From assembly GCA_002269645.1 (NCBI GenBank), contig NIVC01000422.1:124001-188000 (forward strand): 64,000 bases of DNA. The letters are read 5' to 3'. A program made the position numbers and the translations under genes. Each line of letters begins with the position of its first letter. Positions within the stretch are counted from its first letter, which is position 1. Origin of the DNA: Macrostomum lignano (Eukaryota). The notes under the pieces were generated by a model. It searched no databases. It was not told the origin of the DNA and was given only the letters and a program-made list of their open reading frames with translations. Positions 1 to 12,000 of the stretch are shown here, piece after piece.

Positions 1-117
1 TAATTTGCGACCCTATTATCCGGGTAATAATCTTCACTTAAACTTTCAACAGAGCAATTTTGCGCTGTTTAATTTCGCCTCTTAAAATATATTAATCAAA
101 ATACAGTCTTTGCTAAC

Positions 118-594
118 CTTTGGTTCTTGTTTAAAGTACAAATTGTACGGCACCGAGATGCACTGTCGCAACAGCTGCTCAACGCTGTCGTGCAGTCGAC
201 TATTGAGATGTTCGAAGGACCAAGCCGACAGTAACTCTCGACAAAGACGAATCAGGCTGACTCCGCTGGTAACCATGGCAACGGCTAAGTTTCCGGTCGT
301 GTCCGAGTCCGAATAGTTCTGACATATTGTCAGGGTGAGACTAAGCAATTCGAAATCAGTTGCTGAGGCTATATCGCCGTGAGAGTCCACCATGCAGGTT
401 GCTAGGCAACGACGACCGGTTGCTAGGGCGACTTCCATCCAACCGGTGAGGACATTCGCGGAAATGGTTGCTAGGCAGTCAGATAGCTGAGAGCGAACTT
501 TTGATCTCTGCGACTCTGACAGACCCGCTACTGGCAGTCGGTGGATTTCCGACAAACGGCGGAGGGGCGGCAGAAGGGGCGATGATTCGCCCGT
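118..594 (-). CDS. Internal coding exon (159 codons) of an unidentified alpha-helical (ARM/HEAT-like?) protein; gene continues beyond the left window edge
   Basis: GC-rich open frame TGESSPLLPPLRRLSEIHRL...LLRQCISVPYNLYFKQEPK bounded by acceptor ccag|594 and donor aag|gttagc at 118. Phase-compatible upstream exons are possible at 7893-7957 and 8907-8916 (MSNG-DLQSQNDKDSHLLSFSCPHVR-TGE...) but are speculative. Confidence 0.55.
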
Positions 595-610
595 CTGGTT
601 GCGGCGGATA

Positions 611-1172
611 GTGGCGGATTGACTGTCTGATGGGGCGGATTGACTGTCTGATGGGGCGGATTGACTGTCTGATGGGGCGGATTGATTGTCTGATGGGGCG
701 GATTGACTGTCTGATCGGGCGGATTGATTGTCTGATGGGGCGGATTGACTGTCTGATGGGGCGGATTGATTGTCTGATGGGGCGGATTGATTGTTGATGG
801 GGCGGATTGACTGTCTGATGGGGCGGATTGATTGTCTGATGGGGCGGATTGATTGTTTGATGGGGCGGATTGATTGTTTGATGGGGCGGATTGACTGTCT
901 GATGGGGCGGATTGATTGTCTGATGGGGCGGATTGATTGTTTGATGGGGCGGATTGACTGTCTGATGGGGCGGATTTGACTGTCTAATCGGGCGGATTGA
1001 CTGTCTGATGGGGCGGATTGATTGTCTGATGGGGCGGATTGACTGTCTGATGGGGCGGATTGACTGTCTGATGGGGCGGATTGACTGTCTGATGGGGGAT
1101 TGATTCCTGATGGGGGCGGATATGGGTGGATTGACGCCTGATGGGGGCGGATATGGGTGGATTGACTGTCTG
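611..1172. repeat. 21-bp minisatellite (ggattgactgtctgatggggc)n
   Basis: Tandem unit read directly; it explains the repetitive ORFs 479-1309, 791-979 and 984-1289. Confidence 0.95.
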
Positions 1173-1364
1173 GTAAGAGTGGACAAGGGTGGATTTCCTA
1201 TGTAGTGTAGACAGATAGACTGTTTGATAAGAACTAATAAGGGAACATAGATGGTTAGAAGGACAAAGGCTGCTAGGTAAAAATTGCATATAGGGTATAA
1301 TTCAAACAAATTATTTATTAATTATTAAATTTTATAAAATCTATAAGCCTTCAAAACAACATAC

Positions 1365-1600
1365 CAGATGAGCTATAGCAGATTGCAAGTCCTCAAAAGT
1401 GGCAGCTACAGCTTTCATTTGTGCGCGGCAGACAAAATCGTAGAACTCATTAGAACTAAGTCTTTTAGCAGCCTCCTAAAGATCTGGGTCTTGTGTACAC
1501 GCAAGTAAATCCGTGTCAAAGTCAACCTCGGCTTCCAATGCTGTCTCTGAATTATCTGCATGCTTTCGAACTGAGCCAATATTCACTCTTGAACTTAGAA
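1365..1600 (-). pseudogene. Exon-like decayed coding fragment with one in-frame TAG
   Basis: Frame NIGSVRKHADNSETALEAEVDFDTDLLACTQDPDL*EAAKRLSSNEFYDFVCRAQMKAVAATFEDLQSAIAHL ends in a ctg|gtatgt donor; TAG at 1476-1478. Family not recognised. Confidence 0.3.
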
Positions 1601-3961
1601 CTGGCTCAGCTTGACGATGAAATGCTTTTCTCATCATCATCATTTCAATGTAGAAAGTAAGTCAGATTACAGCTGCAAGAAAAATATATAGCACTTAAAT
1701 ATTAAAAAGAATGCTTGACTATGCTACTAACCATTTTATTGTCTTGCAATATTTAAAACATTATTTAAAGCCAAAGGTAACATTTAATAGAGAAAACCTT
1801 AACAATGTTTTGTTTGTTTACTGAAATAAAAAACATGTTCCCTAACATCAAGCTATTATTATGCATGTATTTCATTAATGAAAAATACATTTCCGTAGTA
1901 AAGGCATATTTAAAAACAAAAAGTCAGTACCAAGTCTATATTACAGTTGATTTAAACAATATAAGGCTATTATGACAATAATGTAGCATATGCTATATAC
2001 ATGCAGTACAACTACTCAAGGAAGTTATTGAGTATCTTGAGTTTTTGTCTGAAAAATGGTAACTTTCTGGTACAATTATCGATACTATGTTTTATTAATC
2101 AATAAAATTTGATTAACTATCCATTCTGTGCAAAGCTGAACTTGCTAGTGCGTATTTTCGCAAAGAAACAAGTTAAAAGCTCATTATTTAAAAGATAAGA
2201 CACCATAAGAATTTTTATACAATAATTTATTAGTAAAAAAGTGTTTTCATTTTGAAATGAGCTAAGTGAGAAATATCGACTAAGAAAGTTATTTTTTAGA
2301 AGTTTGTGGCTGGCGTCTGGCGAGGCATCACTGCTAGAAAAGGTAGGAAATTGGACACTTGTATAGCCGTTTGGAAATTAATGCCAGGGCATTAACTCTA
2401 ATTAGAGTTTTAACTCTAGTAAAAATATTGGTATCGGCTATCTAGCTTATTGCTCAACATAGATTTTTAGCATCAAACAAAGGTGGTACAATACATGTAC
2501 AAAGTCTTACTGCAAGCATTTTGTTTGTATAAGAACTAAATCTGAGGTGTTAGAGCTTTTGTCAGCAGTAGCAGTTGTGCAACTAGTGTTATTTATGAGA
2601 GAAAAGCTAATAGCTTTTAATAATTAAAATAAATTTTATGATTAAAAGTAAAATGCTTTGCTTTAAGTAATAAAAAGTAAAATGCATACTTGTAATTCTA
2701 GGCCCTCATATATTTATAAAAAACATTGAGACAATAATAATTCTTCTATTTACTTCTCTGAGGCAGTATGCATGCAGGTCGTCAATGTCATTACATAATT
2801 CGAATGCAAAATGGTATGCAGCACTCAAGTAAAAACAGGAAACGTATGAAACAGCTGTCTATATGTTTTCAGTATATTTCAAGCAGCGCCTTTAAGTCGA
2901 ATATTTATTTTTTTTGCACCTTGAATGTAGATGCCAAAGGTATCGATGACATTACCAGTGTGTTGTGTAGCGTGTAGTGTTTTTAAAAAACCACTTTCTT
3001 AAAGCATAATAGTTGCCTAAGTTAAATAATTTCCGCGCGTGCCTATCAGAAGCAAAATTAAAAAGAATCTAAAACCTCCGAGCTATTTTCTAAATAAAAT
3101 TTGTATTCATTAGTAAATTTCAATAATATTTCATTTTTGTACAGTATTAAAAATTTTGTGCAAAAATATTTGTTCGAAATGAAACCTCTGAAAAACCTCA
3201 AAACCTCCGAAACCTCTCGATGAGAATCACCCTCGGTTGCAACAGTTTTAATGTTAATTTAATCCTGCTAAAAAATTTCTAATTGCTTCCTTGGCAACCT
3301 ACTACGGAGCGTTGGACTAATCAGTACTATATACTACCTAAAATAGCTTTGATCTATTGCCAAATTATGTCTATAATCAAATTATTATGTTCGTAATTGT
3401 TATAGATCTAACCTGTTCTGTTCTGTTCCTTCCTGCTAGTTAAAGTACATTGCCTCAAACTAAAAGTAAAATTTAATAAAATGATATCGTGATTTTCTAT
3501 TCATATATTGTCCTACTTATAAGCATAATGAAAGAGTAGGCCTACTGTATAGATGTTTATTTACTTTAGCTGAGGGTTTTTGATACAATTTTTTATTTTT
3601 ACGTGGCATAGGACCTATAGGCAAGGACTAGACTCTTCACCCTTCAGTTCAATGAAGTGAGGCCATGATGGTCCTAGCCTATGACTTTCTAATTATAATA
3701 TGCATGCATGCTAAACAAAAGACAAATAGGAATTTAAACTAGTTTTTAGTAGACTAGTACTATAGTAGACAAAAGAAGAAAGAAAGAATACAGGAGGGGA
3801 GAAAAATAAGTAGAAATCTGTAGAGTAGAGTTTGAGAGAAAAGAGAGGAAATAAATGATAAAGGAACTCGTAAAGAAAAAAGATAAAAGAGTAGATATTT
3901 ACAGAGACAAGATTAAAGGTATAAGAGCAGAGACAAAAGACAAAAGAAAAAAGGAAAAGTG

Positions 3962-6900
3962 TGTATTCTGTTTTGGGGCTGATATGCCTAAGAGGCTAAG
4001 TAATGCTGCCTCAATTCTGGTAGTAGGTTATTATATTTTCTTTATTGTTGCGGGCCAGCCAAGCACTTATACTAGTGCATAGGCCTACTTTAGGCTATAG
4101 AAAGAACATAATAATGAATATGTATTAATCCAAAATCTTCCCTTTATGAGCATAATACTAATAGTATATTGCATACAAGTAATGTTTGCTTCCCTTCCCC
4201 TCCTTGTCACAAGATCTTGGGTTCTCCAACTTCTTATATCAAAACCTGCATCCTGGAACCCCTTTGTTCAATCGTTGACTTTCCTTGGGACAATATTCAT
4301 AGTTGTTGGCTTAGGCATCAGTGTGTGTACAACTCTGGCTGGCTAGTAGGCTGGTAACATTATTGACAGGCAAATTATTGCTAATAAGCTGCTCTTGCAG
4401 CAGACACTTCCAGATAAATATAGTTTTAATGCAGGATCCGGCCACTGGCCAGCTTGATGTGGTAGTCTCAGTGCTTGCCAACTTCTACAATTATCCCTTT
4501 AGTTTCCTAGCACTTTATTACTAGACTCTGAAGAACAACATGAGCTCCAATGTGGAAAGATAGCAAACATCATTTTGTCACATTGTAGCATTCTTGAATG
4601 CACGCTTGAACTCTTGCTACAGTCCTCTCTATCTTATAGATCTTATCCTTCCAAACCTTGGCAAAACTCTTTTGGTGAACTAGTAAAGTATCCTATATTG
4701 GGTGTCCAAATATCATAATAGAAGGCACTCTACCATCATACAGCAGAGTATTACGCAGCTGCAACAAGCCTTGTGCTAACTTGTCTTTGTCAATGTCATT
4801 TGCACGGTCATCCCATGCTTCACGTATAATTTTCTTTATGCTCTTGACAGCAGCCTCAGCTCTGCCATTACTTTGATAATGATAAAGAGATATGTGTTGA
4901 ATCTGCACTCTCCAGCAACTCAAAAAATAACAAAGTTATTGCTTTAAATTGAGGACTAAAGTCTAAGCAAAGTTTTTCAGGCACTGATGTATAGTAGAAA
5001 AGTTATTGACATGCATTAATGAGTTTATAAGTTGGTGCTCAATAACCAAAGTTCCACAGAGATGGCCAACCAAAATAGGTATCCATGATTACTAAGAACT
5101 TTTTGTTGGCATATTCATAGAAATTTGCATATACGAGTCCTGATTGCAGCGCATGGGCATTTTGGCGGACGGCGTCCGGCGCGGATCAGCCTGCGCGGCG
5201 CAGCATTGGTGGTGGACCAGGGGTAAGTCGCAAAAATGCCACCCCATAGAATACGGGCGTAGTACTAATTAGATGCCGAGGCATTTAGGCTTGATAAGAC
5301 AGTTATAGTTACTCCTGCCGTTTACCCAAAACTGTGTTAATTTTGCTTTAGGGTTTCTTTTACAGGTAAGTCATTTCACAGCGTGGCGCAGGTTGTGTAG
5401 GCGTCTGGCGTACTTAAGCCATGCGCTGCAATAGGGATACGAGTCTGTGCTAAAAACATCATTCTGGTAGATTTAATATGCTCATAGGCTCCCTAACTTG
5501 TGACGGGAAGTGTTCCTGGCATGACTTATATTGTCTTGTAGTGCTCTCAATGTCTCAGTCGATGCCTGGCCATTCTAGCCCTCTGTTTTGTCTTGGTAAT
5601 TCCTTGGTGGCTTGAGTGTAGCTGTATAAGAACTTGCTTTCTCAAAGCTTGTGGCACAATGCATTGACTTTCACAGAGGATGATCCCATTTTTGATAGTA
5701 AGCTTTTTGTGCACATTCTAGAATGGTTGCACATTGTTGGGCATATTGGCCTTGTCATTTGGAAATCTGTCTGTAATGTGCTGCTTTAGGTCCTGCAGAT
5801 CCTGAACAATAGTTGTGTTCTCTTACACTCTACACAAGCTAGGGTCTAGTTCTGCACTTTTTAGCATCATGATAAGCAATTATAACAGGTAAAAGTCTGC
5901 TGATTCTGCTAGCCTATCTTGTTGAGTCAGATAATCTATAGGTGCTCTTGATGGATCATCAGCATTGGCATTGTCTTTGAATAGCAGACTCAGTTGTAGT
6001 GACCTTTTCTTATCACAGTGCAACAAATTTTGTTTTTGGCCAGACATGGCTTACCGCAGTCTTTGGACTTGCCACAGTAGTCACATTGAGGATTGTTAGC
6101 TTGAATGCTTGGCCCTTTGCCAATCCAGGATGCTTTGTCTTCTTGTAGGCTAACATTTTCAATGCGTGCATATTGGAAGACTTGCAAATTTTGTCTTTCT
6201 GTTTTACGCATGCTTCTTCAGATTGGCAAATTGTAATTGCCTTGGAGAGACTGATTTTTAGCTGAGCCAGTAGGCATTTTACAATATCTAGATCTTTGAG
6301 GACTTTCTGAGTCCTCATCAAGTCTCTTAATTCTATTATATAGTTAGAGAATGTTTTGCCATCCTTTTGCTGACAAGTCTAGAACTAATTGCACTCAACA
6401 ATGATGTTCACTTGCCCAAGTAGGTGCTCCCATAGAGTCTTGATGACCAATTCCGGGTCTCGAAGTTGTTTCACAGATAGGGGCAGGTTTTTGTATTTGT
6501 TGAATGTTGTAGCAGAGAAAGAGTTTAGAACGCAGGCCTTGCAGTGGGCGGATTTCTGTGCCTTCACTTTAAGGCTATCCGCTTTGCTTAGCTTGACCCC
6601 CATTGCCTCAAAATAGTTGCTTGCAATGCGCCAAACTCATTTATAGTATCTGTTGCTAGATTAAGATGCGGGATCTGTAGCCCAAGAAGGCTGAACTGAC
6701 TAGTACTTGTAGTCACAGTAGTTGCTCCTGCTCCTTGGCTTGTCATTGGTCTTGTAGGCAATATTGATTGAGGGGCCTTTGATCCATACATGCGCGACAG
6801 TCGGCCAAGTTGGCCAATCTGGCCAACCGATTTGGCGGCCAAACAAGGAAGTCGCAAAAATGCCCACCCAAAAAATACCCAAAAAATACTTAATAAGACA

Positions 6901-7230
6901 GTCATAGTTACTCCTGCCGTTTACTCAAAGTAGCGTTAATTTTGCTTTACGCTACTTACGCTAGGGTTTTTTTACATGTAAGTCGCATTTTGTTAAAACT
7001 AAGTTGCATGGCCAACCAAATTTTGGAGGTTGCGCATGTATGCTTTGATCCCATTGCTGGATTTGGGCTTTTGCTCATTCTTGCCAATCAGCTTGATGCT
7101 AGCAGCAGGTCAGATTAACTGCTTGCAATGCCATGTTCTATTTTGGGGCTGATATGCCCAAGTAATGTTGCCTCAATTCTGGCAATAGGTTATTAAATTT
7201 TCTTTATTGTTGCGGGCCAGCCAGGCTTTC
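3962..7230 (-). mobile_element. Decayed, internally deleted Gypsy/Ty3 (Mag-like) LTR retrotransposon
   Basis: Direct repeats at 3962-4062 and 7134-7226 (LTR remnants). On the minus strand the 5' LTR ends ...aaca followed by a PBS-like tggca (7133). Integrase fragment HYQSNGRAEAAVKSIKKII (4693-4923), gag Zn-knuckle CDYCGKS..C.AKNK.C....KGHY (5990-6211) and gag fragments (6013-6603). Internal duplication 5220-5370 / 6845-6985. Confidence 0.75.
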
Positions 7231-7984
7231 TAAAAATTGCTTTTAATTAGTATCAAAGATTTTAACTATGGTATATAGAATATAATAAAAAAGTAATAGG
7301 TTATGGCCAATTATAAGACATTAAAGCTAGCAATGATAGAAAATTTTGTGCTTTGAAAAATATTTCACCAAAAGGTCATTCCATGGGATCATGTGTATAG
7401 TATTAGAAACATTTTTATTTATTTAAAACAATTTGAAAAAAATCTCTGTTTTGAAAAGGTAAATTTCACTTTTAAGACCTTTTGGCAGAGACCTGTCTAC
7501 AACACTATCCAACTTGATATTATAATATGGTTGGTTTGTTGCTTTTCCAAGTTTTTATGCCATTTTTGTATTTGTTATCAATGTTTAAAGCATCAAATTC
7601 CTTCCTCAGTTTCTTGACAGACCCAAGATCAATCGACAAGAGTCGATATGATTAGATGAATGATTCTATTTTTAATTAATATTTGCAGACATGCTGTGGG
7701 CACCCTGGCGCAATGCTCAAAAAATATTTATTGCGCTTTTTGTTAGTAACTAAAATCTGGATAGAATATAATTTATGACCAGCGGACCTATCCATTAGCA
7801 ATCAAATTCACTGACAATTTGCTCATTTTTCTCTCTTAAACCAGATGAATCAACAGTCATCCATTATTAATCAACGATTTCTTTCATCACACTCGCACAT
7901 GCGGGCAGCTGAATGAAAGCAGATGGGAATCTTTGTCATTTTGGCTTTGTAAATCCCCTGGTTAGTTTTTAGCTGTGTCATCTG

Positions 7985-8887
7985 TCATCTATCTGTCAGG
8001 AATCTCACTAATCCATCTGTCAGGAATCTCACTAATCCATCTGTCATGAACATCTCACTAATCCATCTGTCATGAACATCTCACTAATCCATCTTTCAGG
8101 AATCTCTCACTAATCCATCTTTCAGGAATCTCTCACTAATCCATCTGTCAGGAATCGCTCACTAATCCATCTGTCAGGAACATCTCACTAATCCATCTGT
8201 CAGGAATCTCTCACTAATCCATCTGTCAGGAATCTCTCACTAATCCATCTGTCAGGAATCTCTCACTAATCCATCTGTCAGGAATCTCTCACTAATCCGT
8301 CTGTCAGGAATCTCTCACTAATCCGTCTGTCAGGAATCTCTCACTAATCCATCTGTCAGGAACATCTCACTAATCCATCTGTCAGGAATCTCTCACTAAT
8401 CCATCTGTCAGGAATCTCTCACTAATCCATCTGTCAGGAATCTCTCACTAATCCATCTGTCAGGAACATCTCACTAATCCATCTGTCAGGAACATCTCAC
8501 TAATCCATCTGTCAGGAATTTCTCACTAACCCATCTGTCAGGAATCTCTCACTAATCCATCTGTCAGGAATCTCTCACTAATCCATCTGTCAGGAATCTC
8601 TCACTAATCCATCTGTCAGAAATCTCTCACTAATCCGTCTGTCAGGAATCTCTCACTAATCCGTCTGTCAGGAATCTCTCACTAATCCGTCTGTCAGAAA
8701 TCTCTCACTAATCCATCTTTCAGGAGTCTCTCACTAATCCATCTGTCAGGAATCTCTCACTAATCCATCTGTCAGGAATCTCTCACTAATCCATCTGTCA
8801 GGAATCTCTCACTAATCCATCTGTCAGGAATCTCTCACTAATCCATCTGTCAGGAATCTCTCACTAATCCATCTGTCAGGAATCTCT
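7985..8887. repeat. 26-bp minisatellite (taatccatctgtcaggaatctctcac)n
   Basis: Tandem unit read directly, about 35 copies. Confidence 0.95.
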
Positions 8888-9047
8888 AATTTATCTCATG
8901 GAGTACCATTGCTCATTGATTTATAGAATAATTGACCCTATTTCAAACCTTGATAATCTCGCTGTGCTTAAATGTACTTTGGCACTTTGCCAACGCCCTA
9001 ATTTGTCCCTGAAAATCGCATTTACGCTTAAAAATGAAAATCAGCAA

Positions 9048-12000
9048 ATGGTTAGTCCTTTTCTGAATAGAAAAATGCCTAGATCCCGATCTGCTTCAAT
9101 TCATTTTGGGCGTGGTTATTCCTAGTCCTTAATATTACTATTTTTTACTATTTTAATCTACTATGAGTAGTGCAAATGATAATAAACTGTAAAATTTTTA
9201 TTTCCAGTCGGATGACGAGGAAGATTTCCGGCCTGGCGCCGGCGGGGGCGGCGGCCTGAGGCCGAGAGTTGTAGCTATTAATAAAAGCGACACGGGTTTC
9301 GGTTTTAACGTTCGCGGTCAGGTCACTGAGGGCGGACAATTAAGGTCAATCAATGGGGAACTGTTCGCTCCTCTGCAGCACGTTAGCGCTGTTCTGCCGG
9401 GCGGCGCTGCTGACCAGGCTGGGTTATTGAAAGGCGATCGAATTATTGAAGTGAATGGCGTTAATGTGGAAGGCTCCACTCACAAGCAGGTGAAGGGTTT
9501 ATGCATTCTCATGTTACTCTATCTCTCTGTAGCTAGTGCCCCATATGTAGCTGATGGCCGCTATGTAGCTGCTGCCCCTCCGTAGCTGGTACCCCCCTCT
9601 GTAGCTGGTGCCCCCCTCTGTAGCTGGTGCCCCCCTCTGTAGCTGGTGCCCCCTCTGTAGCTGGTGCCCCCCTCTGTAGCTGATGCCCCCTTTCTAGCTG
9701 GTGCCCCCTTCTGTAGCTGGTGCCCCCTCTGTAGCTGATGCCCCCCCCTATTTAGCTGATGCCCCCTTTCTAGCTGGTGCCCCCTCTGTAGCTGGTGCCC
9801 CCTCTGTAGCTGGTGCCCCCTCTGTAGCTGATGCCCCCCCCCTATGTAGCTGATGCCCCCCTCTGTAGCTGATGCCCCCCCCCTATGTAGCTGATGCCCC
9901 CCCCCTCTGTAGCTGATGCCCCTCTAGCTGATTCCCCTCTGTAGCTGATGCTCCTCTGTAGCTGATGCCCCCCCCTATGTAGCTGATGCCCCCCTCTGTA
10001 TCTGGCGCCCTCTCTGTTTCTTAATTTAGTACAACAAATATAACCATACACAATAATACAATACACAGGTGGTGGATCTCATCAAGTCCGGACGGGACCA
10101 GCTGATTCTAACCGTTATCTCCGTGCCTAACGGTGGCGGTAGCGGCGGTGGCTTCGGAGGGGGCGGCGTCGGCGCGCCCGGCGACCCCTGCTTGGAGCCA
10201 AGTGACACCTCATCGGGTGGCAGCGCCATAGACTATTCGGACAAGCGAACCCTGCCCGTATCGATTCCTGACTGTCAGGCTATTGAGGTGGATAACGAAA
10301 AATACGTGGTATTCAATGTGTACATGGCTGGCAGGCACCTGTGCTCGCATCGCTACTCAGATTTTGCTAGCCTGCATCAATTGCTGAGGCGTGAATTTCC
10401 CGACTTTGGATTTCCTAGTCTGCCAGGTGAGTGCTTGCTCTGTTAAATATTGAGCAGTCTGTAGCATTTTCTACCTACCATTTTAGTATTACATTACTTT
10501 TAGTAGAAATAGCAAACTATCACGTACATGAAGATGAAAATCAACGATTTTTTCGATACACTACTGGTAGTAGAAATATTGGACATTGAAATAAATCGTA
10601 TCTATTAGATGATCTATAAATTTTCTGGACAATATCTATTATATGTATATGTATATGTTATATGTACTTTGTATATGTATATATATCTATATATTTATAA
10701 AGCAGTGTCTATAGAGGGCTCTAGATCTCTAAAGCAACACCTGAGTGTCTCGAGATCTATGAAGCAACATCTGACATCTCTATGAGTGTCTTTAGATCTA
10801 TAAAACAACATGTCTATTAGGGTATCTAGATCTATGAAGCAACATCTGACATCTCTATGAGTGTCTTTAGATCTATAAAACAACATGTCTATTAGGGTAT
10901 CTAGATCTATAAAGCAACATCTACAAGTTAAGGGTCTCTAGATCTATAAAGCAACATGTCTATAAGGATCTCTAGATCTATAAAGCAACATCTATAAGTG
11001 TCTCTAGATCTTTAAAGCAACATCTATAAGTGTCTCTAGATCTATAAAGCAACATCTACAAGTTAAGTGTCTCTAGATCTATAAAGCAACATCTACAAGT
11101 TAAGTGTCTCTAGATCTATAAAACAACATCTACAAGTTAAGTGTCTCTAGATCTATAAAGCAACATCTACAAGTTAAGTGCCTCTAGATCTATAAAGCAA
11201 CATCTACAAGTTAAGTGTCTCTAGATCTATAAAGCAACATCTACAAGTTAAGTGTCTCTAGATCTATAAAGCAACATCTACAAGTTAAGTGTCTCTAGAT
11301 CTATAAAGCAACATCTACAAGTTAAGTGTCTCTAGATCTATAAAGCAACATCTACAAGTTAAGGGTCTCTAGATCTATAAAGCAACATCTATAAGTGTCT
11401 CTAGATCTATAAAGCAACATCTATAAGTGTCTATAGATCTATAAAGCAACATCTCTATGAGTGTCTCTACTTACACACAGCAAATCATAAAAGACTCGAA
11501 AATATTTAGATAATAACTAATACCAAGGTAAACTGACTTCTCTCCAACTGACAGGTCGCTGGCCGTTCGCCCTGAGCGAGCAGCAACTGGACAGTCGTCG
11601 CCGAGGCCTAGAAAAATATCTGGAACGCGTCTGCGCTGTCCGCGTCATCGCCGAATGCTCGGCTATGCAAGAGTTTCTAACCAGCTCCGATCCGCATGCT
11701 GATGTAGAAATGAAAGTGCTGCTACCAGATCGAAGATTAGTTGCTATCCGGTGTGGCCGAACTGAGAAAGCTATTAACGTTGTATCGCTAGTGCTGGACA
11801 AGGCCGGCTTGTCAACGCCTGCCCAACAGCAGCAGCAGCAATTGTTGCGCAACTCTTTTGCGCTATTCGAAACCGAAGAAGAGGGATTCGATAGGCGGGT
11901 TGCCGACTCTGAGCAGCCGCACGCTCTGTATGTGCAAAATTATTGCAGCTCGGCCGTGTCAGCCGCTACCTGCCTGCTGCTCAAACGGTGGTTGTTCAGT

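Noticed and set aside
479-1309. 276-aa ORF with IRQSIRP/PPHQT repeats and overlapping MGRIDCL ORFs
   Set aside because: Translation of the 21-bp minisatellite; only the 3' end overlaps the real exon, in another frame.
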